Shown here: positions 1 through 9,937 of the stretch, piece by piece
Numbering within the stretch: position 1 is the first letter of the stretch
How the letters are laid out: each line of letters starts with the position of its first letter
Assembly (NCBI GenBank): GCA_009912575.1
Contig: WNDP01000005.1
Location: 30,500 to 62,499, forward strand
Direction: 5' to 3'
Source of the DNA: Acinetobacter bereziniae
Lineage (GTDB): Bacteria; Pseudomonadota; Gammaproteobacteria; Pseudomonadales; Moraxellaceae
DNA length: 32,000 nt
Notes under the pieces: generated by a model
Databases searched by the model: none
The model's input: the letters and a program-made list of their open reading frames with translations, nothing else
Told to the model about the DNA's origin: nothing
Translations under genes and position numbers: made by a program

Positions 1-243
1 GTCTGTAACCCTTGGCCGGGTATTTCTGCAAATGCACCTGCAGGGCGTGGCTATAGTGATGGTTTTGCCACGCAATTGATGCTGAAAGATCTTGGTCTAG
101 CCATAGAAGCAGCAGGACAAGTCAAACAACCTGTACTTTTAGGTGGTTTAGTCCAGCAGTTGTATCAACAACTGTGTATGCAAGGAAATGCCCAACTCGA
201 TTTTTCTAGCATTATCCAACAATACTTAGTGCAAGAAGCTTAA
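1..243 (+). CDS. mmsB: 3-hydroxyisobutyrate dehydrogenase, C-terminal fragment (5' end outside window)
   Basis: Frame 1 is open from base 1 to TAA at 241-243. The translation ...GFATQLMLKDLGLAIEAAGQVKQPVLLGGLVQQLYQQL... resembles the C-terminal domain of beta-hydroxyacid dehydrogenases. It lies directly upstream of valine-catabolic acyl-CoA genes. It is absent from the ORF track because it has no start in the window. Confidence 0.65.
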   Translation, partial: VCNPWPGISANAPAGRGYSDGFATQLMLKDLGLAIEAAGQVKQPVLLGGLVQQLYQQLCMQGNAQLDFSSIIQQYLVQEA

Positions 244-258
244 TCCAAACATCAGCCA

Positions 259-282
259 TTTCACCATCAAAGGATGGTGAAA
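259..282 (+). terminator. stem-loop after mmsB (TTTCACCATC-aaag-GATGGTGAAA)
   Basis: Perfect 10-bp inverted repeat 16 nt after the stop codon. There is no clear U-tract, so terminator function is uncertain. Confidence 0.35.
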
Positions 283-337
283 GCTATAGATTCACTCATG
301 TCATGAATAACAATAAATCCAGGCTGGAGTAAATAAT

Positions 338-1297
338 ATGTTGAATTATCATCAAGTTGCTAAGTCATTTGTGCTTGCATTAGAAGAAATTGCAGCAGCG
401 GATGGTGCAACTTCAACCATTATGAGTGTACATAATTCTGTGGGTTGTGTGCCGATCGCTAAATTTGGAACGGATGAACAAAAACAAAAATATTTAATGC
501 CCTTAGCGCAAGGGGAAATGATTGGCGCATTTGCTTTGACTGAACCGCATACTGGATCTGATGCCGCTGCATTGAAAACTCGCGCAGTGAAAGATGGTGA
601 TGATTGGGTAATTAACGGTGCTAAACAGTTCATTACGTCTGGTCATAATGCAGGTGTCATTATTGTCTTTGCTGTAACTGATCCTCAAGCTGGTAAAAAA
701 GGGATCAGTGCCTTTATTGTACCGCGTGAAACACCCGGTTATGAAGTCATTCGTACGGAAGAAAAACTGGGTTTACATGCCTCAGATACTTGCCAAATTG
801 CATTGACAGATGTTCGTGTACACCAAAGCTTGATGTTGGGTAAAGAGGGCGAAGGCTTAAAGATTGCCTTGTCTAATCTTGAAGGTGGGCGTATTGGAAT
901 CGCAGCGCAAGCAGTAGGTTTAGCCCGTGCAGCGTTAGAAGAAGCGAGCAAGTATGCCAAAGAACGTATTACCTTTGGAAAACCTATTTTTGAACATCAA
1001 GCGATTGCATTTCGTTTAGCCAGTATGGCGACAGAAATTGAAGCTGCACGACAGTTGGTTCATCATGCTGCACGGTTGAAAGAGGCTGGTAAACCCTGTT
1101 TGAACGAAGCATCTATGGCAAAACTGTTTTCGTCAGAAATGGCTGAACGAGTTTGTTCTTCAGCCTTACAAGTATTTGGTGGTTACGGTTATTTAAAAGA
1201 TTTTCCTATTGAGCGTATTTATCGTGATGCTCGTATTTGTCAAATTTATGAAGGCACCAGTGACATCCAACGTTTGGTCATTGCACGTAGTTTATAA
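338..1297 (+). CDS. acyl-CoA dehydrogenase (isobutyryl/short-branched-chain type), N-terminally short
   Basis: 319 aa with ACAD hallmarks: [15 protein letters not shown], and C-terminal [17 protein letters not shown] containing the catalytic Glu. GGAG lies 8 nt before the ATG. About 55 N-terminal residues expected for the family are missing. Confidence 0.85.
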   Translation: MLNYHQVAKSFVLALEEIAAADGATSTIMSVHNSVGCVPIAKFGTDEQKQKYLMPLAQGEMIGAFALTEPHTGSDAAALKTRAVKDGDDWVINGAKQFITSGHNAGVIIVFAVTDPQAGKKGISAFIVPRETPGYEVIRTEEKLGLHASDTCQIALTDVRVHQSLMLGKEGEGLKIALSNLEGGRIGIAAQAVGLARAALEEASKYAKERITFGKPIFEHQAIAFRLASMATEIEAARQLVHHAARLKEAGKPCLNEASMAKLFSSEMAERVCSSALQVFGGYGYLKDFPIERIYRDARICQIYEGTSDIQRLVIARSL

Positions 1298-1342
1298 GTC
1301 CTACCACAAGACACAGTGTAGCTACAGATTAGGAATTGAAAT

Positions 1343-2116
1343 ATGCAATTTGAAACGATTTTATTGGAAAAGCAAAACGGTGTAGGTTTGATTACGCTTA
1401 ACCGTCCCAAAGCATTAAATGCATTGAATTCTATGTTAATTGATGAATTGAATTTAGCTTTGGACGATTTAGAAAAAGATCAAAATATTGGTTGTATGGT
1501 ACTTGCTGGCTCAGAAAAAGCCTTTGCGGCAGGTGCTGATATTAAAGAAATGGCAGGATTAAACTTTCCCAATATCTATTTTGATGATTTCTTTAACCTT
1601 GCTGATCGAATTGCTCAGCGCCGTAAACCTTTAATTGCCGCAGTCAGTGGCTACGCATTAGGTGGTGGATGTGAATTGGCATTGATGTGTGATTTTATCT
1701 ACTGTGCTGACAATGCCAAGTTTGGATTACCTGAAGTAACGCTAGGGGTTATTCCCGGTATAGGCGGAACACAGCGCTTGACTATGGCAGTAGGTAAAGC
1801 CAAAGCGATGGAAATGTGTCTGACTGCTCGACAAATGGAGGCAATTGAAGCTGAACACAGTGGTTTAGTCGCCCGTGTTTTCCCTAAAGATCAACTTTTA
1901 GCTGAAACCTTACAAGCCGCTGAAAAGATCGCTGAAAAATCTTTAGTGGCCACAATGATGATCAAAGAGTCGATTAACCGTGCTTTTGAAGTAAGTTTAA
2001 CAGAAGGTTTACGCTTTGAGCGTCGTAGTTTTCACTCAATATTTGCGACTTTGGATCAAAAAGAAGGTATGCAAGCCTTTGTAGAAAAGCGCCAAGCGCA
2101 ATTTAAAAATCAATAA
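1343..2116 (+). CDS. enoyl-CoA hydratase (crotonase family)
   Basis: 257 aa. Crotonase signatures FAAGADIKEM and GYALGGGCELALMCD. Operon context. Confidence 0.9.
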   Translation: MQFETILLEKQNGVGLITLNRPKALNALNSMLIDELNLALDDLEKDQNIGCMVLAGSEKAFAAGADIKEMAGLNFPNIYFDDFFNLADRIAQRRKPLIAAVSGYALGGGCELALMCDFIYCADNAKFGLPEVTLGVIPGIGGTQRLTMAVGKAKAMEMCLTARQMEAIEAEHSGLVARVFPKDQLLAETLQAAEKIAEKSLVATMMIKESINRAFEVSLTEGLRFERRSFHSIFATLDQKEGMQAFVEKRQAQFKNQ

Positions 2117-2131
2117 TAAAAGGATTAAATC

Positions 2132-3157
2132 ATGGACAACGAAAATCATTTAATCATTGAACAAAAAGGTGCTATAGGCATCATTGTATTAAATCGTGTA
2201 TCGAGTCTGAATGCGCTGACCTTAGACATGATCAATGGTATTCATCAGCAAATCGAAACTTGGCAAGACGATACAACTATTCAGGCGATATTGATTAAAT
2301 CCAACAGTCCAAAAGCTTTTTGTGCGGGTGGTGATATTCGTTACCTCTATGATCATTTTAAAAATGGCACAGCGGGTCATAAAGGTTACTTCATTGCTGA
2401 ATATGCCATGCTGAACTGTATACGTGCCTCACAAAAAACGGTTGTGGTATTACTTGATGGCTATGTTTTGGGTGGCGGTTTTGGCTTGGCTCAGGCATGC
2501 CATATTATTGTCAGCAGTGAAAAATCACGTTTTGCGATGCCCGAAACTGCGATTGGCTTCTTTCCAGATGTCGCAGCCACACATTTCTTATCACGGCTGG
2601 ATGATATTGGCGTTTATCTGGCGACTACAGGTGATCAGATCACGAGTAGCGACGCCTTATATCTAGATTTGATAGACTACCATGTACCCAGTCAACAGTT
2701 TCCTGCACTAGAAGAGGCTTTAAGCCAAACAGATCATTTAAGCAAAGATCATATTGATCAGATCATTTCAAAATTTATCACTCGACCTGTAGAAAGTGAA
2801 CTCAGTGGATGGGTGGACAATATTCGTAAGCATTTTGGTTTTGAGAACTTAGATGAAATTGAACAAAGCCTTGCCAATGAGTCAGATCAACAACATCAAG
2901 CATGGGCAACTCAAGTTTTAAATACCTTGCAACAACGTTCCTTATTGGCCAAGCAGACCAGTTTAAGACTGCAATATTTAGGTCGAGGGCTTTCTTTACA
3001 GCAATGTATGCAACTTGAACGAGATTTGCAGGATATTTGGTTTGAGCATGGTGATATTTTAGAAGGTGTTCGTGCCCTAATCATTGATAAAGATAAGCAA
3101 CCAAAGTGGCAAAAAAGCAATCCTGCTTTAGAAAAAATATTGGCTGAATTGGGTTAG
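2132..3157 (+). CDS. 3-hydroxyisobutyryl-CoA hydrolase (enoyl-CoA hydratase/isomerase family)
   Basis: 341 aa. Crotonase fold with FCAGGDIR, GYVLGGGFGL and MPETAIGFFPDV, plus the long C-terminal extension typical of HIBCH enzymes. Follows the hydratase. Confidence 0.85.
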   Translation: MDNENHLIIEQKGAIGIIVLNRVSSLNALTLDMINGIHQQIETWQDDTTIQAILIKSNSPKAFCAGGDIRYLYDHFKNGTAGHKGYFIAEYAMLNCIRASQKTVVVLLDGYVLGGGFGLAQACHIIVSSEKSRFAMPETAIGFFPDVAATHFLSRLDDIGVYLATTGDQITSSDALYLDLIDYHVPSQQFPALEEALSQTDHLSKDHIDQIISKFITRPVESELSGWVDNIRKHFGFENLDEIEQSLANESDQQHQAWATQVLNTLQQRSLLAKQTSLRLQYLGRGLSLQQCMQLERDLQDIWFEHGDILEGVRALIIDKDKQPKWQKSNPALEKILAELG

Positions 3158-3304
3158 CCATAAAGCAACTTATGCCAAAACGATGTGTGAATGCACATCA
3201 ATAAAGGGAGAATGAGAAAAATTTCTAAGTGAATCCAAGGATCATACAAGATATATGGAAAATATCTCAATGGATGTAAAAAACGGTTAAGAAGGAATAG
3301 AGCA

Positions 3305-4642
3305 ATGAAGGATGTACAAGGAACAAATCCGAATAATAAAAAGTCATCACACCGCTTAGCAGGCATTTCGAGTATGGTGGGGACGACCATTGAATGGTAT
3401 GACTTTTTTATCTATGGCGCAGCAGCAGCACTGATTTTTAATAAGTTATTCTTTCCCAACTTAGACCCTTTGACAGGTGTTCTTGCAGCATTTGCAACCT
3501 ACGCTGTAGGTTTTATTGGACGGCCATTGGGTGGGATCGTATTCGGACATTTTGGTGACAAAATTGGTCGTAAATCAATGTTGTTGGTGACCTTAATGTT
3601 AATGGGTATTCCTACCGTCATGATCGGGCTATTACCCACATTTGAGTCGATTGGGTATTGGGCAACCATTTGCTTAATTATTTTACGCTTTATCCAAGGC
3701 ATGGCAATGGGTGGAGAATGGGGCGGAGCAGTGCTGATGGCGGTCGAGCATGCACCAGAAGGTAATAAAGGTTTTTGGGGAAGCTTACCGCAAGCCAGTA
3801 CTGGTGGTGGTTTAATGCTGGCTTCAATTGCTTTAGGGCTGGTTTCGATGTTGCCCGAAGAAGCACTATTTAGCTGGGGTTGGAGAATACCGTTTTTAGC
3901 CAGTATTGTGTTATTGGCAGTAGGTTGGTATATCCGAGTCAAAGTTCCAGAATCTCCTGACTTTGAGAAAGTTAAACAACAAGCTGAAGAAATTAAAGTC
4001 CCTGCATTACAAGTCTTTAAAAATCATCCTAAGGAATTACTGACCATTATATTGTCACGTGCAGCTGAAAATGCATGGTTCTATCTTGCTTCAACCTTTA
4101 CCTTGGCCTACACCACGACTCAGTTAGGTATCGCTCGACAAGAAATATTATTTGCGACGATTTGTGGTGCAGGGGTGATTATGGTCATGACCCCATTGTG
4201 CGGACATTTATCAGACAAAGTGGGTCAACGGAATATGTTTAGGTTTGGTCTATGCGTCTTAGCACTGTATAGCTATCCATTCTTTGCCATGTTAAATACC
4301 AAAGATCCTGTGCTGGTTTGGACTGCAATTGTATTGGCGATTGGTGTTGTATTCCCAATTATGTATGCACCACAATCTCAGCTTTTTGCACGTCAATTCC
4401 CTGCTGAAATTCGTTATAGCGGTATTTCGATCTCTGTACAGTTTGCGGGTGTATTAGGTGGAGGTCTAGCCCCTTTGATTGCGACAAAGCTTTTAAGTAT
4501 TGGTGGTGGCAGCACGCATTTGGTCATCACTTATATCGTCAGTTTTGCAATTGTTGCGATCATTGCTTCAGCATTCTTGAAGCCTGATGTATTTCCTAAC
4601 AAAGCAAAGTCTTTTGCACAAAAAGAAATTAAATCCTCTTAA
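3305..4642 (+). CDS. MFS transporter, metabolite:H+ symporter (MHS) family
   Basis: 445 aa, about 12 predicted TM segments. N-terminal TIEWYDFFIYG and GRPLGGIVFGHFGDKIGRK motifs are typical of KgtP/ProP/ShiA-type carriers. Confidence 0.85.
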   Translation: MKDVQGTNPNNKKSSHRLAGISSMVGTTIEWYDFFIYGAAAALIFNKLFFPNLDPLTGVLAAFATYAVGFIGRPLGGIVFGHFGDKIGRKSMLLVTLMLMGIPTVMIGLLPTFESIGYWATICLIILRFIQGMAMGGEWGGAVLMAVEHAPEGNKGFWGSLPQASTGGGLMLASIALGLVSMLPEEALFSWGWRIPFLASIVLLAVGWYIRVKVPESPDFEKVKQQAEEIKVPALQVFKNHPKELLTIILSRAAENAWFYLASTFTLAYTTTQLGIARQEILFATICGAGVIMVMTPLCGHLSDKVGQRNMFRFGLCVLALYSYPFFAMLNTKDPVLVWTAIVLAIGVVFPIMYAPQSQLFARQFPAEIRYSGISISVQFAGVLGGGLAPLIATKLLSIGGGSTHLVITYIVSFAIVAIIASAFLKPDVFPNKAKSFAQKEIKSS

Positions 4643-4655
4643 ATCTAAACTCATC

Positions 4656-4696
4656 AGCAACATGGAGAGCTTTCACTGTATTCATGTTGCTTTTTT
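4656..4696 (+). terminator. rho-independent terminator after the MFS gene
   Basis: AGCAACATG ... CATGTTGCT 9-bp stem followed by TTTTTT. It starts 14 nt after the stop codon. Confidence 0.5.
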
Positions 4697-4782
4697 GCCA
4701 ATAGCGATCTGTGAATTTTTAAATTTTGAATAATCCAAGCACTATTTCGTGATTCTTTATGATTTAAGATTAGGCAAGGCAT

Positions 4783-5853
4783 CTAGGTGTTTATGATTTT
4801 CAGTAAATTGACGCTTTTACGAAATGCCAGTGGGGTCATGCCACTCCACTTTTTAAAAGCTCGTGCAAAATTAGCTGGTTGAATATAGCCAAGATAGTTG
4901 GCTATATCTTGGATTTCCATATCACTTTCTAATAATAATTTTTCAGCTTGTTTATATTTTACTTCATCCAATAAATCTAAATAAGTCACATCAATTTTGT
5001 TGAGATGTCTTCTTAACGTTCGGCTCGACATATGTAAACGTGATGCAACATCGTCTAACGAAGGATAGCCTTGCTGGGGAATAAGCACCAATTCAGTTTT
5101 TACACGTAAGCAAATATCTTGGATATATTCAGAAAAGCGTATTTGTTCAGCTTCACATTGCGCCAAACTCTGCTTAAATGCACTTGGATCTGCCATTTTT
5201 GGAGAAAGTTTGAGTAGCGCAGAATTATAAACAATGTGATTATTCGCTTGATCAAAGTGAATTATCGGAAGTTGTTGTTGATATGCCTGATGATAGTCTG
5301 GTTCAGTCCAGTCAACATGAAGTTCAATTTCAGAAAAATCATGATCGATCAAAGCACATCCCGTTTGAACAATGCCAATCATTAAGCATTCATAGAAAAA
5401 TCGTCTTAAAACTGATATTTGCTCAGGATGCTTACTGATAACAGGATGAGTTTCTTGGATCTCAACCACAGACCATTGGTCTTTTTTATAAAAATCAATT
5501 CGATAATCTTTGAGCCGCATATTAAAAAACTGTGTGGCAAGTTCAAGTGCCTGTTGCAATGATGCACTACTCATTAAGGCATATCCCATTGGACCATGCG
5601 CAGTTAAACGGAGTTTTAAACCATATTGATACCCCAAAGCGAAGTCTTGAGACAAGCTTAAACAGGTCCATACTAATTTTGACCATTGCAAAGGTGTAAT
5701 ACGTGCATCTAAAGCATCAAATATAGATAAAGGAAGCTTACTTTTCTGCAAAATTTCAGCACTAGAGAATCCTTTTTCAGCCATTATTTCTAGTAATAAA
5801 TGAGCATAAGAAATCGGAATGCTGGCTTTGGAGAGTCCATATGGATCTTTCAT
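4783..5853 (-). CDS. AraC family transcriptional regulator
   Basis: 356 aa. C-terminal double HTH (LDDVASRLHMSSRTLRRHL ... IQDIANYLGYIQPANFARAFKKWSGMTP) after a long ligand-binding-type N-terminal domain. Divergent from the SDR cluster. Confidence 0.85.
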   Translation of the reverse strand: MKDPYGLSKASIPISYAHLLLEIMAEKGFSSAEILQKSKLPLSIFDALDARITPLQWSKLVWTCLSLSQDFALGYQYGLKLRLTAHGPMGYALMSSASLQQALELATQFFNMRLKDYRIDFYKKDQWSVVEIQETHPVISKHPEQISVLRRFFYECLMIGIVQTGCALIDHDFSEIELHVDWTEPDYHQAYQQQLPIIHFDQANNHIVYNSALLKLSPKMADPSAFKQSLAQCEAEQIRFSEYIQDICLRVKTELVLIPQQGYPSLDDVASRLHMSSRTLRRHLNKIDVTYLDLLDEVKYKQAEKLLLESDMEIQDIANYLGYIQPANFARAFKKWSGMTPLAFRKSVNLLKIINT

Positions 5854-5963
5854 TATTTTTTATATGCTGGCCGAAAATGATTAGTATTATGTCTTAACTG
5901 CATCTCACGCTCAAGTTTTGCATCTTAGATACTAAGATTCATCTGTTGTTCTGAGTATTTATA

Positions 5964-6767
5964 ATGAGCTTAGCACGTCCTCTCAATGAATCCCCTGTAG
6001 TCATTACCGGTGCTTCATCAGGTATTGGTAAAGAACTGGCTAAACAATTTGCCAAACAAGGTTATTCATTGATTCTTGTTGCACGACGAGTAGATAAATT
6101 AAACGAATTGGCATTGTTTTTACGCAAAAAATATCAGGTCGAAGTGAAATTAAGACCTTGTGATTTGGCTGATCGTCAGCAAAGAACACAATTTCGTCAA
6201 GAATTAGAAAACCTCGATGTTTCAATATTATGTAATAACGCTGGTTTCGCAACATTTGGTCGATTGCAAGACCTAGATGCCGAACGTGAACGTGAACAAA
6301 CCGAATTAAATGTGGTCGCTGTTCAAGATCTGACTTTAGCCCTACTTCCCAAGATGATCCAACGTAAAAGTGGGGCGATTTTGATTGTAGGTTCTACATC
6401 AGGACATCAGCCGACACCAGCCAATGCAACCTATGCAGCAACAAAAGCTTTTGCTAACTCCTTTGCCGAGTCTCTTCATAGCGAATTAAAGGGGACAGGA
6501 GTCAGCTGTACTTTGTTAGCACCCGGACCCACCATTACAGCATTTAATGAGGTGGCAGGTATCACAAAGATTGATGGAGTTGGTGGAAGTTTTGTTTGGG
6601 TAACTGCCGAACGGGTGGCTAAAGAAGCGATACAAGGGCTACGCGCTAATCGTCGAATCGTTATCCCAGGTTTTATTGCTCAAGCACAAACTTTAGGTGG
6701 GCGTTATACCCCACGTATTATTTTATTACCGATATTAAAACAGGTATTTTCGAGATTAAAAACATGA
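5964..6767 (+). CDS. SDR family oxidoreductase
   Basis: 267 aa. TGASSGIG cofactor motif, NNAG, catalytic YAATKAF. Confidence 0.9.
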   Translation: MSLARPLNESPVVITGASSGIGKELAKQFAKQGYSLILVARRVDKLNELALFLRKKYQVEVKLRPCDLADRQQRTQFRQELENLDVSILCNNAGFATFGRLQDLDAEREREQTELNVVAVQDLTLALLPKMIQRKSGAILIVGSTSGHQPTPANATYAATKAFANSFAESLHSELKGTGVSCTLLAPGPTITAFNEVAGITKIDGVGGSFVWVTAERVAKEAIQGLRANRRIVIPGFIAQAQTLGGRYTPRIILLPILKQVFSRLKT

Positions 6768-7510
6768 GACAGCTCATCAATGACTTAAGCATACCTATGG
6801 GTTTAGCAAAAATTGGTCATAAGCTTTATCACAATGCCCAATATTTAACGGCAGTGGTTGAAGTCGACGAAAAGGCCATCAAACGTTGGTTACCTACAGG
6901 AATGAAATTGGTCAAACCGGCGCGGGCTGATTTATTTTGTGCCTATTTTCCTGACAATGTTTATACAGGAGCGTATCACGAAGCGGGTTTATTTGTGCAT
7001 ATTCAGGTAGGGAATCGAACAGGAGTTTTCTGTCCATGGATGATTTTGGATGATGACCGAGCCATGATTATTGGACGTGAGTTACTCGGCTATCCAAAGA
7101 AAATGGGGGAAATCCTGTGGGAGAATGATGATGTTCATATCCACACTAAAGCATCACGCAGAGGCACAGTACTGATAGAAATGCAAGCCAAGCTCGGAGA
7201 AGTGATCACTGATGCTCCGCCTATTTTAGGTTTACCTCATCGTAATATTACTGGAGGATTAGGCCTAAGTTTACCACGTGAAGTTCGATTTACACCGCAA
7301 GAGCAGTCGGTCGAAGTTCGTCGTGTCGAAATGAATTTACGCTTTACTGGAACAGTCAATGATCCGCTCCATGAAATGGGCCTAGGTAAAGTCATTGAGG
7401 CACGTTTACATCGAGTAAATCTTTCTGCAGGTTTAATTCCCCCCATACAAATCCCACGTTTGCGTACACCGTTATTTCTAATACGGCAATTTAACCCACG
7501 TGTTTTATAA
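6764..7510 (+). CDS. acetoacetate decarboxylase (ADC) family protein
   Basis: 248 aa. GRELLGYPKK-type motif and overall beta-rich composition as in the ADC family. The ATGA overlap with the SDR stop suggests translational coupling. Confidence 0.7.
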   Translation: MRQLINDLSIPMGLAKIGHKLYHNAQYLTAVVEVDEKAIKRWLPTGMKLVKPARADLFCAYFPDNVYTGAYHEAGLFVHIQVGNRTGVFCPWMILDDDRAMIIGRELLGYPKKMGEILWENDDVHIHTKASRRGTVLIEMQAKLGEVITDAPPILGLPHRNITGGLGLSLPREVRFTPQEQSVEVRRVEMNLRFTGTVNDPLHEMGLGKVIEARLHRVNLSAGLIPPIQIPRLRTPLFLIRQFNPRVL

Positions 7511-7625
7511 AAAGGCAGGTTGAGATGCCTGTTGTTAATGCTCTGATTAAAAACTTCAGCATTAAAAGCTGAAAATTAAAAGACTGAAAACGGAAGCGTA
7601 TAGCGCGACTCATTGAGGAATCATC

Positions 7626-8846
7626 ATGATGGAACAAGTAAAAGATAAAATTTCACCATTAAATCAAAGTCTCACATTACCATGCGGTATAACTTTACCT
7701 AATCGTATTGCTAAATCTGCCATGAGTGAACAATTGGCTGATCGGCATGGCTCTCCGACTACAGATTTGCAACAACTCTATGCGGTATGGGAAAGAGGAG
7801 GTACAGGGCTTTTAATTACAGGAAATGTGATGATTGACCATCGTGCATTTGTTGAACCTAGAAATGTGGTTTTACAAGATGCTCAATTTTTACAAGCCCA
7901 TAGGCTCTGGGCACAAGCGGCTCATGCGAATGGTAGCAAAATAATTATGCAAATCAATCATCCTGGTCGTGTCGCTGTGTTGCCATTACTCAACAAACCT
8001 ATAGCACCATCAGCAGTAGGTTTAGATTTACCTGCAATGAACATTATACGTATTCCACGGGAGATGACTGAGACTGAAATATGCGAACAAATTCAACGCT
8101 TTGCGACGACTGCATCATTGGCTGTTGAAGCTGGATTTGACGGCGTACAAGTACATGCAGCGCATGGGTATTTGATCTCACAATTTTTATCACCATTGGC
8201 CAATACTCGTACAGATCAATGGGGTGGAAGTCCAGAAAATAGACGACGAATTTTGATTGAAACTGTTGCTGCAGTTCGCCAAGCGATCGGTAAAGATAAA
8301 ATCCTGAGTGTAAAGCTAAACTCTGCAGATTTTCAAAAGGATGGATTAAGTCAGGAGGAGTCATTGCAAATTGCTTTGGCTTTAGAGCGTCAAGAGATTG
8401 ATTTATTAGAAATATCAGGGGGAAATTACGAGTCTCCAGCCCAACTAGGATATGCACCTGATCGTCATGCCCAACGAGATGCCTATTTTTTAGATTACGC
8501 AACGGCTTTAGCTCAAATCAGTAAAATACCACTGATGTTGACGGGTGGACTACGTAATGTAGAACTTATGAATAATATCGTGGCAGATGGTACGGTTGAT
8601 TTGGTGGGATTGGCTCGACCATTTGCTTTACAGCCAGATTTAGCTCAACAACTGTTGGCTGGAAATCTGTGTCCATTACAACAACAATCCCCAGCATTGG
8701 ATATAAACCGATTGATGCTTATTTACAGCTTGCATGGCATGCAACTCAGTTTCGCCGTATCAGTCGTGGTCAGCAACCTAAACTCATTAAGGGCTTGCTT
8801 CATACGCTGGTCGCATTTGCGCCACGTATGGGATTTAATCTTTTAA
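7626..8846 (+). CDS. NADH:flavin oxidoreductase (Old Yellow Enzyme family), probably frameshifted near 8660-8670
   Basis: OYE motifs: IMQINHPGR, GFDGVQVHAAHGYLISQFLSP, RTDQWGGS, GLARPF. After ...QLLAGN the frame turns low-quality. The overlapping same-strand ORF 8669-8866 (…AYLQLAWHATQFRRISRGQQPK…) looks like the true C-terminus. The intact gene would span 7626-8866. Confidence 0.75.
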   Translation: MMEQVKDKISPLNQSLTLPCGITLPNRIAKSAMSEQLADRHGSPTTDLQQLYAVWERGGTGLLITGNVMIDHRAFVEPRNVVLQDAQFLQAHRLWAQAAHANGSKIIMQINHPGRVAVLPLLNKPIAPSAVGLDLPAMNIIRIPREMTETEICEQIQRFATTASLAVEAGFDGVQVHAAHGYLISQFLSPLANTRTDQWGGSPENRRRILIETVAAVRQAIGKDKILSVKLNSADFQKDGLSQEESLQIALALERQEIDLLEISGGNYESPAQLGYAPDRHAQRDAYFLDYATALAQISKIPLMLTGGLRNVELMNNIVADGTVDLVGLARPFALQPDLAQQLLAGNLCPLQQQSPALDINRLMLIYSLHGMQLSFAVSVVVSNLNSLRACFIRWSHLRHVWDLIF

Positions 8847-8885
8847 CTCAAGACTCGTCTCAGTGACATTGATGATTTAAGGATA

Positions 8886-9785
8886 ATGATCATGCATCGT
8901 TTAATTCAAAGTGGGCATACAATTGTTCCAAGACGATTAGTATTTGATTTTACAGAAACACCAATACATTGGATTTATGATGATCCCATGGTGACCCAAA
9001 TTCTAAATTCAATTCACCCAATTACACCTGCACCTGAACGTTGGTTTTGCGAAACTTTTCGTGAAGCACTCCCATTTATTCAAGATGAACAATTAAAAGA
9101 TGCTGCCGTTGCATTTATTCAACAAGAAGGTGCTCATAGTTATGGGCATACCTTGGGTACTCGACATATTGAGGCTTTAGGTATTGATTTGAGTGCTTAT
9201 AGCAAAATGATGAATTGGATATTTAAAGACATGATCGGTGCTCAACCTTTAGGTTACTCACTCAAAAATCCACGTCTAAAATTAGTTTGGTTGAAAACAC
9301 GGCTTGCTATGGTTGCGGCTGCAGAGCATCTAACTGGGGTATTAGGTCATTGGGTTTTAAACGCTGAAGGACTACACAAAGCGCCTGTAGATGCTCAGAT
9401 GTTAGCTCTATTGCTGTGGCATGGCGCTGAAGAGGTTGAACACCGTGAAGTTGCAGATGCGATGTTTAGACATTTGAGTAATAACTTATGGTTAAGGGCA
9501 GGTACGGCAGTTTTTATATTCCCATTATTTATTCTATTGGCTTATATAGCGGTCGAAAGTCTAGTCAAAAAAGATTTGCAATTATCACATCGCTTTTATT
9601 TTAAAGATTATTTCCGTGCAGCCAGACAGAATCGTGTTCCAAAAGTGCGCTATATGGTTGAGGCTTGTTTACGTTATTTTCACCCAAATCATCGTCCTTT
9701 CAATGAAGGCTCAACCGAACAAGCTTTAGCTTATTTGGCACATATGCCTGAGCCTAAGCAAAAGTCGCTGAAAATTAGTTTGTGA
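8886..9785 (+). CDS. metal-dependent hydrolase family protein (PF10118-like, from memory)
   Basis: 299 aa. His/Glu-rich motifs QQEGAHS, AAAEHLT, HGAEEVEHREVA. AAGGA precedes the second ATG at 8892 with better spacing, so the start may be 8892. Confidence 0.7.
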   Translation: MIMHRLIQSGHTIVPRRLVFDFTETPIHWIYDDPMVTQILNSIHPITPAPERWFCETFREALPFIQDEQLKDAAVAFIQQEGAHSYGHTLGTRHIEALGIDLSAYSKMMNWIFKDMIGAQPLGYSLKNPRLKLVWLKTRLAMVAAAEHLTGVLGHWVLNAEGLHKAPVDAQMLALLLWHGAEEVEHREVADAMFRHLSNNLWLRAGTAVFIFPLFILLAYIAVESLVKKDLQLSHRFYFKDYFRAARQNRVPKVRYMVEACLRYFHPNHRPFNEGSTEQALAYLAHMPEPKQKSLKISL

Positions 9786-9937
9786 TTTTGTCAATGCACC
9801 TTATCTGATCGCATATGTGCAAAAATATTGCAAAATTTTCTTTAAGACTGGCGATAACGCTGTTTTAGCGTGGCATGAAATTTGCTGTACTTAGACGCAC
9901 AATATTATCTATTTTTCAATGATTAAGGGTATGTTGT

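Noticed and set aside
352-960. Three minus-strand ORFs (352-633, 503-688, 739-960) inside the acyl-CoA dehydrogenase gene
   Set aside because: They are entirely antisense to a gene with clear family motifs. They have biased, low-complexity composition and no RBS. They look like shadow ORFs.
2424-3390. ORFs 2424-2666(+), 2911-3120(-) and 3154-3390(-) overlapping the hydrolase gene and the MFS promoter
   Set aside because: These are alternative-frame or antisense ORFs within, or abutting, well-supported genes. No motifs or start signals.
3499-3942. 147-aa minus-strand ORF inside the MFS transporter
   Set aside because: Its Pro/Ile-rich sequence is typical of the antisense frame of a hydrophobic membrane-protein gene.
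8044-8502. 152-aa minus-strand ORF inside the OYE gene
   Set aside because: It is antisense to conserved OYE motifs, with no independent support.
8669-8866. 65-aa ORF as an independent gene
   Set aside because: It is better explained as the displaced C-terminus of the frameshifted OYE gene: same strand, overlapping, and it begins where family similarity stops.
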